Notes under the pieces: model-generated | The model's database searches: none | Told to the model about the DNA's origin: nothing | The model's input: the letters and a program-made list of their open reading frames with translations, nothing else | DNA from: an uncultured Gemmatimonadaceae bacterium | GTDB lineage: Bacteria > Gemmatimonadota > Gemmatimonadetes > Gemmatimonadales > Gemmatimonadaceae | DNA length: 64,000 nucleotides | Direction: 5' to 3' | NCBI GenBank assembly: GCA_963740355.1 | Contig: CAVUDW010000003.1 | Span: 2,176,001-2,240,000 of the forward strand | Part shown: positions 60,852 to 64,000 of the stretch, piece after piece | Position numbering within the stretch: the stretch's first letter is position 1 | Layout: each line of letters opens with the position of its first letter | Translations under genes and position numbers: made by a program

Positions 60852-61804
60852 TTTCCGCGTGCCAGCGAATTCCGCACCAGGTAGTTGTAGCTCTCCTGCA
60901 GCGCGACGAAGACATCGCCGGCCGTCTTGTCCATCTCGACCACCATCCATTCCGTGTGCCCGTTCGCCGCGCGCACGATCGACGGAAAGTCCTGTGTGCC
61001 CTGGCCAACCGCCGTCATCGGGTCAGGATTGTCCACCGCCAGTTGGTCGTTGTAACGCGCCGGGCCGTCCTTGATGTGCAGCAACTGCGCACGCGCACCC
61101 AACCGGCGCACGATGGTGGCGGGATCATGCCCGGCCACCTTCACCCAGTAGGTGTCGACCTCGAAAAAGATGTCGGGATCGATCAGGTCCAGCAGCACTT
61201 CGTAGGGGAACTTACCGCCCACCTTGTTGCGGTATTCCCACCAGTGATTGTGCAGGCCGAACCGCAGGCCGTTGTCCTTGGCGAACCTGTTCGACTGGTT
61301 GTAGATCGCCGCCAGCGCTTTTGTCCCCTCGAGAGAACTGTATCGCGGATCCTCTGGCCAGCCATGCCAGATCATGCGCGTGGCATTGAAGGCCTTCGCC
61401 GTCTCGAGCATCACCTGCCGCTTGTCACCGATAGGCAATTCGATGTGGCAGGAACTGACGGCGAGGCCTGCATCACGCAGCGCCGCACTCGCCTGCTGCA
61501 GTGTGACACCGTCAGGCCAGAACGCCGTCTCGACTGCGTCAAAACCGATGTCGGCAACCCGACGCAGCGTCCCCGCGAGATCGCCCTTGATGGCGTCACG
61601 CACGGTGTAGAGCTGCACTGAACTCCTGGCCGGCGCTGCGACACCGACACGATCCATCGTCGTCAGCTGCGGCAGCAGCGACGCCCCGAGGACGCCGGCG
61701 GCCGCCGTCTGCAGGAAGTCGCGTCGCGTCAGGTCAGCGTCTGACCGATCGGACCGAGTCGCATCGTCGCTGGGTTCTGTGAACGGGTTCGGATCGCCGC
61801 GCAT
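60836..61804 (-). CDS. Tat-exported sugar phosphate isomerase/epimerase-family TIM barrel
   Basis: TRRDFL signal; VQLYTVRD, LHNHWWE, EVDTYW, HIKD and VEMD motifs; AGGAG Shine-Dalgarno. Confidence 0.88.
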   Translation of the reverse strand: MRGDPNPFTEPSDDATRSDRSDADLTRRDFLQTAAAGVLGASLLPQLTTMDRVGVAAPARSSVQLYTVRDAIKGDLAGTLRRVADIGFDAVETAFWPDGVTLQQASAALRDAGLAVSSCHIELPIGDKRQVMLETAKAFNATRMIWHGWPEDPRYSSLEGTKALAAIYNQSNRFAKDNGLRFGLHNHWWEYRNKVGGKFPYEVLLDLIDPDIFFEVDTYWVKVAGHDPATIVRRLGARAQLLHIKDGPARYNDQLAVDNPDPMTAVGQGTQDFPSIVRAANGHTEWMVVEMDKTAGDVFVALQESYNYLVRNSLARGKKPAA

Positions 61805-61877
61805 GTGTCTCTCCTGACGTGAAGCCGCAGACAGTCCAGCAGCGGCACTGCCGATGTCACTGCGATGTAATCGACTG

Positions 61878-62483
61878 TCAGGGGGTGTGCGAGGACTCGG
61901 ATTCCGCCAGCCCAAACCACCCCGCTGCCTGCGCCTCGGCCAGTCGCACCTCGAGATACCGCCAGAGAGCCGGACATCCCGCATGGATCTGCCCCGCCAC
62001 CCGTCCGATCACACGCTCATGGGTGATCCCGTTCTCGCGCCAGCTCTGGCCATTGTTGGCGAGGTTCAGCAGCACCGGCATGGCGCGATCGGCGGCGTTC
62101 GCAAATCGTGCCTCCGCAGTCTCGCCGGCCTCGAATTCCTTCCACAGGTCGAGGAAACGCGAGGCATGTGGCTCCGGCAACAGCCCGAATATCCGCTCGA
62201 CGGCAGCAAGCTCGGCGGCCTTGCGCTCATCCCAGCCGCCGATGGCGTAGGCAATCGTGTCGCCGGTATCGATCTCGCCGATGTCGTGCACCAGCAGCAT
62301 GGCGATCACATGGTCGACGTTCACCGGCTGGTCGGCATACTGCACCAGCGTGGCGGCCAGCAGCGCGATCTGCCAGCTGTGTTCAGCCGAGTTCTCCTGG
62401 CGATCGAGGCCCAGCGGGCGCGTCTTTCGCGTCACCCCTTTGAGCTTGTCCAGCTCGAGGACGAAGTCGATGATCTGCTGCAT
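61878..62483 (-). CDS. HD domain hydrolase (HD_3/YGK1-like)
   Basis: LDKLK...R, ENSAEHSW, LVHD..EID.GD and FA.A.DR motifs. Confidence 0.9.
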   Translation of the reverse strand: MQQIIDFVLELDKLKGVTRKTRPLGLDRQENSAEHSWQIALLAATLVQYADQPVNVDHVIAMLLVHDIGEIDTGDTIAYAIGGWDERKAAELAAVERIFGLLPEPHASRFLDLWKEFEAGETAEARFANAADRAMPVLLNLANNGQSWRENGITHERVIGRVAGQIHAGCPALWRYLEVRLAEAQAAGWFGLAESESSHTP

Positions 62484-62610
62484 GGCCGCAAGATATCGGC
62501 GGCCGGGCTCGCCGCGTAGCGCGGCACACCGCATGTTGGTTGCGTACGTGAACCGAGCGATGCGGCACCGCGCTGCAATGCGACTCCCCCGATCACCGCT
62601 TTCCACGCTG

Positions 62611-64000
62611 ATGCCTCGACTGACACGAGTTCCTCAGGCTGGACTGATCGTCATGGCGGCCCTCGCTGCCGCGACCGCCCCACTCGGCGCGCAGCGGCGA
62701 CCGGTGGATCTGCTGATCACCAACGCCAGTGTCATCGATGTGGTGAGCGGTCGTGTGTCACGCGGCCTATCGATCGCCATGCGCGGTGACACGATCGTGG
62801 CGCTCGGCTCCGCACGCGTCGTGACGGGAGTCCGAGCGACGCAACAGGTCGATGCTGGCGGGCGCTTCGTCCTGCCAGCGCTGTGGGACATGCACGTACA
62901 CTTCGGCGGCGGCCCAGCATTGATCGCCGAAAACCGTGCGTTGCTGCCCCTCTATACGGCACATGGCATCGTGGCGGTGCGCGACGCTGCCGGCGACCTC
63001 TCTGAGAGTGTCTTGGCATGGCGCGACTCGATTGCGCGCGGGCTCATGGACGGCCCGACCCTGTTCACCTCCGGGCCAAAGATCGAGGGAATGAATTCGA
63101 TCTGGCCGGGTGACATCGAGATCGATACACGCGCCGGTGTGGATAGCGCACTCGATCGCCTGCAGGCGATGCGGGTGGATTTCGTCAAGTTGACGGACAA
63201 CACACTCAAGCCCGATCTCTTTCGGTATGCACTGGGCGAAATCCGGAAGCGTGGGTTGCGCAGCTCAGCGCACATTCCTGTGGCGGTGCCGGTGCGAGAA
63301 GCGGTCGAACTCGGTCTCGGCTCGATCGAACATCTCGCGTACGCGGTCCGCGCCGGCGCCGAGCAGCCGGGGACGCCGACACCATCGGACGTGATTGCCG
63401 CGTTCGACAGTGCGACCGCCATGCGTACCTACCGCCTGATGGCAGCGAAGGGCACAGCCATCACCCCGACGTTGAACATCAGCAGGACTCTCGCCTGGCT
63501 CGACACCGACGCGCACGCGAACGATCCCTATCTCCGCTACATCGGACCGGGGTTGCAGGCCACTTATCAGGGGCGTGTCACGCGTGCTGCGCAAGCCGAT
63601 GCCGCGGCGATCGCCAGGCGACACGCCACCTATGAATTCACCAGTGCCCGGCTGCCGATGCTGCAAGCGGCTGGCGTCATGATCCTTGCTGGCACCGATG
63701 CCGGGTTTCTCAACTCGTTCGACTATCCCGGCATCGGCCTGCACGATGAGTTGCGCCTGCTGGTGGCGAGTGGACTCACCCCGCTGCAGGCGCTGCGCGG
63801 CGCCACCATCAACGGTGCGACCTTTCTCGGCAAGGCGGCGCGGCACGGCACCATTGCGCGCTCGAAGGCCGCCGACCTGCTGATCCTCGATCGCAATCCG
63901 CTGGAAGACATCACCGCCACCACCGGAATCTTTGCGCTAGTACAGCGGGGCAAGTATCTCGATCGCGCCACACTGAATGGGATGCTCACCAGCACGGCCG
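62611..64000 (+). CDS. Secreted metal-dependent amidohydrolase, truncated by the window end
   Basis: Not in the ORF track. Manual translation gives MPRLTRVPQAG...LLITNASVIDV...VLPALWDMHVH...SIEHL...LAGTDAG...ADLLILDRNPLEDI. Confidence 0.85.
   Translation, partial: MPRLTRVPQAGLIVMAALAAATAPLGAQRRPVDLLITNASVIDVVSGRVSRGLSIAMRGDTIVALGSARVVTGVRATQQVDAGGRFVLPALWDMHVHFGGGPALIAENRALLPLYTAHGIVAVRDAAGDLSESVLAWRDSIARGLMDGPTLFTSGPKIEGMNSIWPGDIEIDTRAGVDSALDRLQAMRVDFVKLTDNTLKPDLFRYALGEIRKRGLRSSAHIPVAVPVREAVELGLGSIEHLAYAVRAGAEQPGTPTPSDVIAAFDSATAMRTYRLMAAKGTAITPTLNISRTLAWLDTDAHANDPYLRYIGPGLQATYQGRVTRAAQADAAAIARRHATYEFTSARLPMLQAAGVMILAGTDAGFLNSFDYPGIGLHDELRLLVASGLTPLQALRGATINGATFLGKAARHGTIARSKAADLLILDRNPLEDITATTGIFALVQRGKYLDRATLNGMLTSTA

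Overview
GC-rich bacterial chromosomal segment. The gene content and the many Sec/Tat/lipoprotein-exported hydrolases suggest Gemmatimonadota (inference, not tested). About 49 CDS are supported. Most serve periplasmic peptide/amide scavenging (M28, M1, M20, DmpA, two D-aminoacylase-like enzymes, CocE/NonD) or carbohydrate use (Rbs-type ABC importer, six-hairpin GH, GalM, GH29, DUF1080, two Tat TIM-barrel isomerase-like proteins, ThuA-GSDH, VPS10/BNR). The window also holds a SigG-type ECF sigma/VOC pair, a MarR/CatE pair, SulP plus beta-carbonic anhydrase and a YHYH operon. I saw no tRNA, rRNA, CRISPR array, transposase or phage gene. Most notable: (1) two copies of a 250-280 bp REPIN-like palindromic cassette with different internal spacers; (2) an operon coupling an archaeal-type ACT/DUF5612 protein to a 945-aa GH-like unknown, a Tat TIM barrel, a diheme cytochrome and an MFS; (3) two CGATGA-N18-GTC promoter motifs flanking the ECF gene; (4) a recurrent leaderless TANNNT-N5-7-ATG gene-start signature; (5) a kinase-M23-aminotransferase triple fusion; (6) two single-base frameshifts. 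All product calls rest on motif recognition by eye, with no database searches.
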